Source: a virus
Taxonomy: Duplodnaviria; Heunggongvirae; Uroviricota; Caudoviricetes
Virus record (IMG/VR): IMGVR_UViG_2547132277_000002
Reading direction: 5' to 3' (one strand)
Length of the DNA: 21,851 nt
Positions 7,827 through 14,654 of this stretch are shown here, in pieces (positions within the stretch are counted from its first letter, which is position 1; each line of letters begins with the position of its first letter). Both the position numbers and the translations under genes were made by a program. Under the pieces are notes generated by a model. That model saw nothing but the letters and a program-made list of their open reading frames with translations. It had not been told where the DNA came from and searched no databases.

Positions 7827-8420
7827 CTATTTGCTATTTTGTTTCTTTTCCTTCTCAGTCTTAGACGCACTGATAGGTTCTAGTTCGATAGGTACCGGTG
7901 CTGGAGGTACATCATCGACAGAGTTCAGCATAACAACACGGTCCGCACCATATGTCCAAGTTGACACGATCTCACCAAACACGTTATAGCCATTAAAAAT
8001 GACTCTACCACCCTCGCCTTCAAATTCAGGCTTTTCAACCACAAAGCGATGCATAGTTGGAGTAGTCTCCTCTGACTCAAAGAGTCGATCAGCATCATTT
8101 CTTTTGAAAAAACCGCGTTTCTTGGGGTTATCTGCGTCATCAGTAAAGAAACGAATAGGGACATTCCCAATTGAAAACGTAAGATCCATGCCAGGATTAA
8201 GTAGTCTTAACCAGTCATATGTCTTTCGTACGCACATTTGTAGCAACGCCTGCCGCTGACGCCCAAATGTACAACCACCACGAGTGTAATTATCATCATA
8301 GGGCGATGACAATAACTCATGAGTAATATCCTGTATCCTGAGCAACTCCTCAGCTATAATGGTTAAACGCACCTCTGTTAACTCAGGAAAGAACTCCCAA
8401 GGGAATGGATGGTTCTGCAT
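7827..8420 (-). CDS. Unknown protein, first gene of the two-gene cassette (197 aa from ATG 8420; ORF track extends to 8468)
   Basis: ATG at 8420 has GGAG 8 nt upstream; the longer start would overlap promoter-like TTGACA boxes. No recognisable domain. Confidence 0.55.
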   Translation of the reverse strand: MQNHPFPWEFFPELTEVRLTIIAEELLRIQDITHELLSSPYDDNYTRGGCTFGRQRQALLQMCVRKTYDWLRLLNPGMDLTFSIGNVPIRFFTDDADNPKKRGFFKRNDADRLFESEETTPTMHRFVVEKPEFEGEGGRVIFNGYNVFGEIVSTWTYGADRVVMLNSVDDVPPAPVPIELEPISASKTEKEKKQNSK

Positions 8421-8469
8421 AGACACTTCTCCGCCTAATCCGTGCAAAAAACGACTTTTGTCAACCAAG

Positions 8470-8498
8470 ATATTGGTGCATATTCATAATTTTGTCAA
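8470..8498 (-). promoter_or_regulatory. Possible promoter for the two-gene cassette (weak -10)
   Basis: Minus-strand TTGACA (plus 8493-8498) directly after the terminator T-run, 17-bp spacer, -10 CAATAT (3 of 6); a second TTGACA at plus 8459-8464. Confidence 0.3.
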
Positions 8499-8499
8499 C

Positions 8500-8523
8500 A
8501 AAAAAAAACCCCGCCGAAGCGGG
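8500..8523 (-). terminator. Rho-independent terminator upstream of the two-gene cassette (downstream of the ParA-like gene)
   Basis: CCCGC-CGAA-GCGGG stem at 8510-8523; on the minus strand followed by T9 (plus A-run 8500-8508). Hairpin nearly identical to the one at 6673-6690. Confidence 0.65.
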
Positions 8524-8870
8524 TTAAGTGCGGGTGCGTTGAGGATGCCTGACACATCAGAGGTGGCGAGGGATTTCTCCCTCGCCTGGTCTCTTACTCC
8601 TCAGGTTCGTAAGCTGTGAAGACAGCGACCTCCGTCTGGCCGGTTCGGATTCGTACCTCGCAGAGGTCTTTCCTCGTTATCAGTACCGCAACAATTTCGT
8701 ATTCATGATTCATTTCATCTAAAACAGTTCATAAACCTAAATAAATTCAAAAAATCACAACACAAATAAATATAAATTATCTCATCCTGAAGAACGATAG
8801 GATTATTTAGAATTAATAACAATTAATGTAACAATAATTATCAATCCAGATTATTCAAATAAAATGTCAT

Positions 8871-9917
8871 TTACCATATGGAGTTGTGAATGAACTTTAA
8901 TTCATTTTTTATTTTGTTAACAGATAAATTCACGGATGTCCTAACTCTATTCACAGTCATTGCATCTCCTGGATTTAACAACTCTAATGGTTTAGACTTA
9001 GCACTTGACATTCTGCCACTACCCAGAAAATCATCAAGAATCACAATGTGATTATTAGGATCATCTGTTGTAAAATTACTAATATTTTGTCGAATTACCT
9101 CTCTTACAGCTTCGATGTACATTTTTGTCTGTTGATTTGGTTTATTCCTTGCTCCTGCCACTGTTGACCATCCGCAATGGGTAATAACCACCATCTGAAT
9201 TTTTGGTGTATGGCCATCAGACGGCATTATCTTTCTAAATTCTGATGTTGGTTTAGTCAGAGTATCAATAAGTAATCTTAATGAATTAATCGATTGCTGA
9301 TCTGTCCTCACTGGAACTATTAAAGCATCTGTTGCATGCCAAGATAAATGCGTCGCTCCAGAGAAAAAAGGTGATGTATCAATTAACGCTTTTGTAGTAC
9401 CAGTTTCAACCATTTCTCTGGCTATTTCTTTCTTCAGAGAAAAAAGAATTGTATCAATAACAACCTGCTGAGTAGCCCCAGAAATTGTTCTGGCTTGAGC
9501 CAGAGCATTCGCCATTTGCGTAGGTAGAAGATAAAGTTGACTATCAGATTGAATAAAATAGTTATTCTTGCCCGCAAACCAAGCATTAGTTGATGATACT
9601 AGCTTTGCAGCACGCGTTGCAAATCCAAGCCCTGGAACAAAATAAGGCATTAAGAGGTCATTTGCAGTTGTGCTAGACGAAGATGCATAATTATTGTCAA
9701 AAAAATATGATAAATTTCCTTGCGGGCACGTATCCACGATTAATGCGTTATCCGCCAAATATGACAGATTAAAAGTTAAAGATGTCTTACCAATGCCTCC
9801 CCGTAAATTACATACTGTATATTTATCATATTTCGGCAAATTAAGACTTCTTACATTACCGTCAGCAACTTCGAATTGACGCTCTATCAGAGCATTAACA
9901 TTTGATTCACTAGTCAT
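8871..9917 (-). CDS. ParA/MinD-family (SIMIBI) P-loop ATPase-like protein, standalone, AT-rich
   Basis: 348 aa; deviant Walker A NLRGGIGKTS (Arg at the signature-Lys position), IVDTCPQGN (ParA DxDPQ-type motif), ALIDTSP Walker-B-like; sampled lines ~34% GC versus ~50-55% in the phage backbone. Confidence 0.65.
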   Translation of the reverse strand: MTSESNVNALIERQFEVADGNVRSLNLPKYDKYTVCNLRGGIGKTSLTFNLSYLADNALIVDTCPQGNLSYFFDNNYASSSSTTANDLLMPYFVPGLGFATRAAKLVSSTNAWFAGKNNYFIQSDSQLYLLPTQMANALAQARTISGATQQVVIDTILFSLKKEIAREMVETGTTKALIDTSPFFSGATHLSWHATDALIVPVRTDQQSINSLRLLIDTLTKPTSEFRKIMPSDGHTPKIQMVVITHCGWSTVAGARNKPNQQTKMYIEAVREVIRQNISNFTTDDPNNHIVILDDFLGSGRMSSAKSKPLELLNPGDAMTVNRVRTSVNLSVNKIKNELKFIHNSIW

Positions 9918-9947
9918 ATCGCCACCATTAGTTTTACACTTTTATTG

Positions 9948-9976
9948 ATGATATGGAAAACTAACCTAGTTGTCAA
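9948..9976 (-). promoter_or_regulatory. Near-consensus sigma70 promoter for the ParA-like gene
   Basis: Minus-strand -35 TTGACA (plus 9971-9976), exact 17-bp spacer, -10 TATCAT (plus 9948-9953), ~30 bp upstream of the ATG at 9917. Confidence 0.55.
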
Positions 9977-10401
9977 CAATGGATTAAAAAACAAACACAC
10001 AAGCGTTTATCAAAAGCACCTTGATTGGTGATACTACCGTGTCTTTCAGCCAAACAGTTCAGTATGTAAAGCGAATCCAACATCAATTAAGAACGTTTTC
10101 AGCGCTCCCCCAGTTGTCTAGATGTCAAACTTCATGCGCTCTCCTGTCGAAATAAACGTACTGATTAATCATGCCCAAGGACATTTCGCGTTTTACAGCG
10201 ATATCACGGCGGGGAACTCCACACTGATGAAGCTTCCGCACTAGCTCAATATCGCTTTGCGGATGTTTTTTTGATTGGTTATAACCCCCCCTCTTAACAT
10301 CCTATTGATACCCAGTTCCTGCGCTTTCGCTCTGACAGCATAACTAGAACGATCAATCAACCCTCCTATGCTTTCGGCCGTCAACGCGTCTACACAATTG
10401 C

Positions 10402-10857
10402 CTAAGCGCCATGATTTCCCTCATGCACAACCTGTTCACCGAATGTCTCTCGAAAACCATTCTGGTAAAATGCCAGTACACGCTGCATAGCTTCGCTCTT
10501 CCGGCACTCGCGACAGATTATGTTCTGACGCCTGTCGTAGCGACGTATTTCTCCGTCAGGTAATGACCAGATAAGGTCCGGATCAACCGCAGATGGTTTC
10601 TTCAGCTTTGCCCTTGAGAGCTTTTTACGGGCATTTTGCCAGTCCTTACGCGCCTGTTCAGACGGGAATAACCCGTAACCAGAGTTGTATACATCGCCAC
10701 TGGCAACCAGCTCTCTGGCCAGAACGCTCATCAGATATCTTGTTGCCCCAGTTTTAGTTTCCAGTTGTCGTAACGTCTCGCGCCCACTCTGGCGTACGAG
10801 TTCAACAACCTGCCCTTTAATTTTTTCCCGCTCTTCTTGTGTAAAAACTTTTGCCAC
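10402..10857 (-). CDS. Hypothetical phage protein downstream of the replication initiator
   Basis: 151 aa; GTG start with strong SD AGGAGGG 4 nt upstream; no assignable motif. Confidence 0.5.
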   Translation of the reverse strand: MAKVFTQEEREKIKGQVVELVRQSGRETLRQLETKTGATRYLMSVLARELVASGDVYNSGYGLFPSEQARKDWQNARKKLSRAKLKKPSAVDPDLIWSLPDGEIRRYDRRQNIICRECRKSEAMQRVLAFYQNGFRETFGEQVVHEGNHGA

Positions 10858-10897
10858 AAGCCCTCCTGAAAATTACCTCATGACCAGAAATTAACAC

Positions 10898-11968
10898 TTA
10901 CCCCCTGAAGCCCGGCGGAATTTCGTTATCCGGTTCAGAAATATGATTCACACAACGCTGGTTGTTCGTGCCGCTTACCGGGAGCAACCAGGGGTTCTCA
11001 AAATTCCGGTCCGGTCCAAAAAACGTCGTCGCTCGCTGAACAAATTCCGTTCCCGTTTTCCCGGTAGCCGCCAAGTATCTTGCGTAACGCCTCACGCCAT
11101 CCAGCATGGCCTCTGGTGGCACCCCCTCGCGTAATCTGGCCTTCCAGGCACTGAAAGCGGATTTCTTCGGGTTTGCCCCGGCACGCAACGGGTATTCCCG
11201 CCAGACCTGTTCGAACACATCAGGATAATCCACTCGTCCCACAGGCTGCCCGGTGTTTTCCGGGACTACCCGATCGGCTTCCCGCTGAATGGCGGAATCG
11301 GCTTCAGGCTGCTGAAGTTGGTGTGATTGCTCCTGCCTTGCGGTCATCACCTGCTGCACAGCGCCCGAATCGGCTTTCAGCGCATACGCTGAATCGGCTT
11401 CCGGTGTCGTGCCTGCGGGCTGGCCAGGAGTGACGGTCTGAACATCCCCTGCCTGGTTCGTGGCGTTTTTTACGCCATGGACCATAGTGTTTTGATCTTC
11501 TTGATCTGTATCTTTATCTGTATCTTTATCTGTCGTGACTCGTCGTGACATGTGCGTGACATTTCGTGACTCGCCGTGACAATCGCCATTTTGTTCCCGC
11601 TTTCTTTCCCTCTCTCGCTGCGCCCTCTTGCGCTCTGCCGGAGATTTTGCGGTTTGCGAAATATTGCCGTTGTCCTCTTTCAGCACCTGGCGTTTTTCCC
11701 ATCCAGTGATTAAATCACCATCAAGTACCCGCCCCTGCATCGTCTGCAAAATTGAATCAATTACCTCTTCTGTCACGTCGAGCGCACTTGCCAAATCTTC
11801 TGTCGTGACATCAATGTGACCTCGCGTGACATTTCGTGACGCGCTCACCAGGAGGTGGATATACACTGCCATCACTGTTGCAATTGGCTGCCCTGACACC
11901 CTGGCAATTGTTCGCCACTTAGGGTCATTTGGCATGTCATGCCATAATCTGAGCCAGGCGTTAGCCAT
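10898..11968 (-). CDS. Replication initiation protein (lambda O-like organiser N-terminus, DnaT-like C-terminus) with internal iterons
   Basis: Probable start ATG 11968 (SD GAGG 5 nt upstream; ORF-track GTG at 11974); acidic DKDTDKDTD linker; C-terminal YPLRAGANPKKSAFSAWKARL recalled as DnaT-like; position after the cII-like gene. Confidence 0.65.
   Translation of the reverse strand: MANAWLRLWHDMPNDPKWRTIARVSGQPIATVMAVYIHLLVSASRNVTRGHIDVTTEDLASALDVTEEVIDSILQTMQGRVLDGDLITGWEKRQVLKEDNGNISQTAKSPAERKRAQRERERKREQNGDCHGESRNVTHMSRRVTTDKDTDKDTDQEDQNTMVHGVKNATNQAGDVQTVTPGQPAGTTPEADSAYALKADSGAVQQVMTARQEQSHQLQQPEADSAIQREADRVVPENTGQPVGRVDYPDVFEQVWREYPLRAGANPKKSAFSAWKARLREGVPPEAMLDGVRRYARYLAATGKTGTEFVQRATTFFGPDRNFENPWLLPVSGTNNQRCVNHISEPDNEIPPGFRG
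11509..11532. repeat. 12-bp tandem direct repeat TATCTTTATCTG x2 (encodes DKDT repeats on minus strand)
   Basis: Exact duplication at 11509-11520 and 11521-11532, immediately adjacent to the iteron array. Confidence 0.7.
11534..11580. repeat. Iteron array: five CGTGAC repeats at 10-11 bp spacing (candidate replication origin)
   Basis: CGTGAC at 11534, 11544, 11555, 11565, 11575 (plus strand), inside the replication gene as in lambda ori. Confidence 0.55.
11773..11840. repeat. Second cluster of CGTGAC / GTCACG motifs
   Basis: GTCACG at 11773; CGTGAC at 11804, 11825, 11835; degenerate TGTGAC at 11815; 10-11 bp spacing. Confidence 0.4.
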
Positions 11969-12039
11969 ACTCACCTCTTTTGATACCGAATCTTTTTACT
12001 CACAAATTGCCGGAAGTGATCCGGTATGAATATTGCGAG

Positions 12040-12465
12040 TCAATGCACAGCCACAATATTTCCTGCAGGGCCACCACGATTCATCTGGTTGAAACCAGCG
12101 ATCGCCACTGCGACAAAATCATCAGCGTCTCTCACCAGTCGTTCCCGCGTCTCCACTAGTTCCCGAAAATACGCTGAGCTATGACTGCGCATTCGGGCCA
12201 CCAGCAGAGGTGGCATTGCTTTTTCGATAGCTGGTAACAACGCCTGAATTTTTTTAACCGCATCAGGGGTGTCTTTCTCCACCCAGCGGAAAATTTTCTG
12301 AGTATTGCGAGCCAGGGCTTCCGGATGGCTGTCGTCATACAGTTCCGGGAACGTCATTCCCAGCTCGAAATACGCTTTGGTAATTTTCGCAGCCGGTACT
12401 TTTTCGCCGTCCGGATGCGCCCAGGCATTCATCGCCATGCGGATGTGTTCATGCTTGATTTTCAT
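12040..12465 (-). CDS. YdaT-like (cII-type) regulator of Rac-like prophages
   Basis: 141 aa beginning MKIKHEHI and ending VH, as recalled for Rac YdaT; start overlaps the stop of the upstream Cro-like gene (ATGA). Confidence 0.65.
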   Translation of the reverse strand: MKIKHEHIRMAMNAWAHPDGEKVPAAKITKAYFELGMTFPELYDDSHPEALARNTQKIFRWVEKDTPDAVKKIQALLPAIEKAMPPLLVARMRSHSSAYFRELVETRERLVRDADDFVAVAIAGFNQMNRGGPAGNIVAVH

Positions 12466-12716
12466 GAATCAACTCCCATCAGCTTTTTCGTAGTAGTTTT
12501 ATTCCTGCCAATAGTTAAAATTGCATCGGCAGAAAATAATCCGTTTGATGCAAGAGCGATTTTTTCAGCGTAATTTGTTTCGCCGGTATATTCTGTGCGA
12601 GGCAATTTTCCGTTATCCATCCATTTATAGATTGCTCTTTGGCTGACACCACAAACGTCGGCCACAACAGCAACGCGAACAGTTTTGATTACATCTTCAA
12701 GTGTTTTCTGGTTCAT
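12462..12716 (-). CDS. Cro-like HTH regulator (YdaS family)
   Basis: Probable start ATG 12716 (SD GAGGGTG 4 nt upstream), 84 aa; HTH VADVCGVSQRAIYKWMDNGKLP; divergent from the repressor gene. ORF-track start 12788 lies in the operator region. Confidence 0.65.
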   Translation of the reverse strand: MNQKTLEDVIKTVRVAVVADVCGVSQRAIYKWMDNGKLPRTEYTGETNYAEKIALASNGLFSADAILTIGRNKTTTKKLMGVDS

Positions 12717-12795
12717 ATCACCCTCACAATGTGAACTTTGAGTACATGCCATAACAGAACTGACAGTACATTCAAGAGCGAATATCATTGAACTT
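12717..12795. promoter_or_regulatory. Divergent promoter/operator region (OR-like) between Cro-like and repressor genes
   Basis: Two AGTACAT motifs (12741-12747, 12765-12771) and inverted repeat TGAAC-TTATG-GTTCA (12789-12803) spanning the repressor start codon. Confidence 0.5.
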
Positions 12796-13215
12796 ATGGT
12801 TCATGAAGATAAAGCGCGTAAAGAGTTCGCCAGTAGGCTTGCGCTAGCCTGTGAAAACGCTGGTTATGAACAACATGGAAGGCAGGCAGAAATTGCCCGT
12901 CGAATGAAATTAACACCAAAAGCGGTTAGCAAATGGTTTAATGGCGAAACAATTCCTCGCCGGGAGAAATTAAGGGAATTAGCAACACTAATAGGAACAA
13001 CACCAACCTATCTTTTGGGAGAGGATACAGAAGAAAGTGGACAGGTACGTTTCTATCAGGAGTTAAATCCAAGACAAAAAATCATCATTGACCTTCTGGA
13101 CGAGCTCCCTGACAGTGAGACAGATGAACTTTTAAAAACTCTTGAAGAGAAAAAACAGAAGTACAATGCAATTTACGAAGAGTTAGCACGAAAGAAAAAA
13201 CAAAAAGCCTCTTAA
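12796..13215 (+). CDS. Prophage repressor, HTH-only (RacR/CI-like; no LexA-type autopeptidase domain)
   Basis: 139 aa; HTH GRQAEIARRMKLTPKAVSKWFNGE; same strand as the early-left genes and int; divergent from the Cro-like gene. Confidence 0.65.
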   Translation: MVHEDKARKEFASRLALACENAGYEQHGRQAEIARRMKLTPKAVSKWFNGETIPRREKLRELATLIGTTPTYLLGEDTEESGQVRFYQELNPRQKIIIDLLDELPDSETDELLKTLEEKKQKYNAIYEELARKKKQKAS

Positions 13216-13290
13216 ACCAGCATAAATCCGGTAGCGCCTTCCTCCGGGTTTGTGCTTCACTTTATCCCATCTCATTTTTTTACACACAAA

Positions 13291-13331
13291 ATGTACTAAA
13301 AGTACTTTACAACAATGAACGCAAAGTACAT
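13291..13331. promoter_or_regulatory. OL-like operator cluster downstream of the repressor gene
   Basis: Palindrome GTACTAAAAGTAC (13293-13305) and further AGTACAT-type motifs at 13291-13297 (inverted), 13301-13307 (variant), 13325-13331. Confidence 0.4.
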
Positions 13332-13512
13332 TATATGCCTACCACCCACCCCGCCCCACAGAATGCAGGGCAATACTTCGAGTTACCAGGCAGTGGTCAG
13401 GGGTTAAGTAGCCAGCCCGAGGCGTAAGAACATGACGGCAGGGTTCAACTTTAATAACTATGCAGCAGGTTTTTGTTCCGCTACCCCGGCGTTAAGGGGA
13501 AATGAGGTCAGC

Positions 13513-13668
13513 ATGGATACTATCGATCTTGGCAACAGCGAATCTCTGGTATGTGGCGTGTTCCCCAACCAGGACGGTACGTTCACCGCGATGACGTATA
13601 CCAAAAGCAAAACGTTTAAAACCGAAAATGGTGCCCGTCGCTGGCTGGAAAGAAACTCAGGTGAGTGA
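13513..13668 (+). CDS. Small early-left protein, YdaF-like (DUF1391-like by recollection)
   Basis: ATG 13513 with GAGG 6 nt upstream; 51 aa MDTIDLGNSESLVCGVFPNQDGTF...; the ORF-track N-terminal extension lacks an RBS. Confidence 0.5.
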   Translation: MDTIDLGNSESLVCGVFPNQDGTFTAMTYTKSKTFKTENGARRWLERNSGE

Positions 13669-13669
13669 T

Positions 13670-13798
13670 ATGGATTTCGACACAATCATGGAAAAGGCTT
13701 ACGAAGAATACTTCGAAGGCCTTGCCGAAGGCGAAGAAGCTCTCAGCTTCAGCGAATTTAAACGGGCGCTTTCCAGCTCGGCAAAATCTAACGGCTGA
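13670..13798 (+). CDS. Small acidic early-left protein (YdaG-like), 42 aa
   Basis: ATG at 13670 two nt after the previous stop; MDFDTIMEKAYEEYFEGLAEGEEALSFSEFKRALSSSAKSNG; below the ORF-track length cutoff. Confidence 0.45.
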   Translation: MDFDTIMEKAYEEYFEGLAEGEEALSFSEFKRALSSSAKSNG

Positions 13799-13827
13799 TA
13801 AGCGAAACAGCACCGCGAGGAATCAGT

Positions 13828-14046
13828 ATGCAGAAACGAGAACCCGTCATCATCGCGCCAGACTATACCGATGATGAGCTTTATGAGTGGATGCGCCAGA
13901 AAATTAAGGCCGCGCAGGACCTGAAATGGGCCAATGAAGCCAAGGCTAAGCAGGCTGAAAATCTGTCCGCTCTGGAGCAGGATATCACCAATTTGGAAAA
14001 AGCAGCGGCATTAAGCATTGCCAGAATGATTACATACCCACGTTAA
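13828..14046 (+). CDS. Hypothetical early-left protein
   Basis: 72 aa; SD AGGAA 6 nt upstream of ATG; coiled-coil-like C-terminus. Confidence 0.5.
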   Translation: MQKREPVIIAPDYTDDELYEWMRQKIKAAQDLKWANEAKAKQAENLSALEQDITNLEKAAALSIARMITYPR

Positions 14047-14068
14047 TAGCTAACCAACGAGGCTAATA

Positions 14069-14443
14069 ATGGAATTTAAAGATTTACCAATGCAATTCCA
14101 GGAAATGGCAGCGAATATAGTTCGTTCCCAACTGGCGACTCTTGACCTGAGTACCGTAGAAAAAGAAACCATCGATACTATATCCGGTAACGTGCGTCGT
14201 GCCTTTATCGGTCTGTACGAAGAGAAGCAGCTCTCTGATAACCAGGATTTACATGAAAAATACCTCCTGGAATTAATGGATATCATTGATAAGGGGTTTG
14301 GCTTGTTAATGAAAAAGAAAGGGATTCGGATAGAACCCCTTAAGAACCATTTTACTGAGTGCGGCATTAATCCCAGCGATTTAAACCATCCCGCCACAGA
14401 TGGGAGTGTTACAGTTAGCCATGAAATTTCGATTAATCATTAA
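14069..14443 (+). CDS. Hypothetical early-left protein
   Basis: 124 aa; SD GAGG upstream of ATG. Confidence 0.5.
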   Translation: MEFKDLPMQFQEMAANIVRSQLATLDLSTVEKETIDTISGNVRRAFIGLYEEKQLSDNQDLHEKYLLELMDIIDKGFGLLMKKKGIRIEPLKNHFTECGINPSDLNHPATDGSVTVSHEISINH

Positions 14444-14654
14444 AATCAATTGCACTTTCAATAAGTGATGCCATCTCATTGCATTTTGTTGAATTCATCT
14501 TACGCAATGAGTCACAAATTTCCGCTGGCTTTGATGACGCAGGCAACTTAGCAGCAAGTAGCATAATTGCCGTTTTTATAGCAGTGAGCTCATCCGCAAG
14601 TCCAGCAGGAGAAACATCGTGGTTAAACTGGATATTTACATTTTTACTAGTCAT
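14433..14654 (-). CDS. Small convergent (antisense-oriented) gene inside the early-left operon, 73 aa
   Basis: ATG at 14654 with AGGAGG 5 nt upstream; 3-prime end overlaps the stop of the 124-aa plus-strand gene by 11 bp. Confidence 0.4.
   Translation of the reverse strand: MTSKNVNIQFNHDVSPAGLADELTAIKTAIMLLAAKLPASSKPAEICDSLRKMNSTKCNEMASLIESAIDFND

Noticed and set aside
6733-8619. ORFs 6733..6939(+), 7399..7608(-), 7925..8170(-), 7999..8259(+), 8359..8619(+)
   Set aside because: Alternate-frame or antisense overlaps of the HTH-peptidase and 197-aa genes; 8359..8619 also runs through the terminator hairpin.
9694-9879. ORF 9694..9879(+), 61 aa
   Set aside because: Antisense to the ParA-like gene in AT-rich sequence where spurious ORFs are expected.
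9918-10401. Possible missing or degraded helicase-loader gene in the ~480-bp ORF-free gap between the 151-aa gene and the ParA-like island
   Set aside because: No reading frame longer than ~25 codons with a plausible start on either strand; the gap is adequately explained as promoter/leader plus insertion scar. A remnant cannot be excluded without homology search.
11509-11580. Possible CRISPR array (short tandem repeats and regularly spaced CGTGAC motifs)
   Set aside because: Repeat units are 6-12 bp with 10-11 bp periodicity inside a coding gene, with no 25-40 bp repeat/spacer structure and no cas genes; iterons and coding repeats explain them.
10685-12029. ORFs 10685..10894(+), 10943..11134(+), 11173..11433(+), 11628..11819(+), 11826..12029(+)
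   Set aside because: Antisense shadows within the replication gene and the 151-aa gene; the minus-strand genes have RBSs and functional motifs.
12156-12573. ORFs 12156..12338(-), 12305..12493(+), 12325..12573(+)
   Set aside because: Alternate-frame overlaps of the YdaT-like and Cro-like genes.
13432-13874. N-terminal extension of ORF 13432..13668 and ORFs 13458..13685(-), 13616..13813(-), 13665..13874(+)
   Set aside because: The extension lacks an RBS whereas the internal ATG at 13513 has one; the others overlap the YdaF-like and YdaG-like genes without support.
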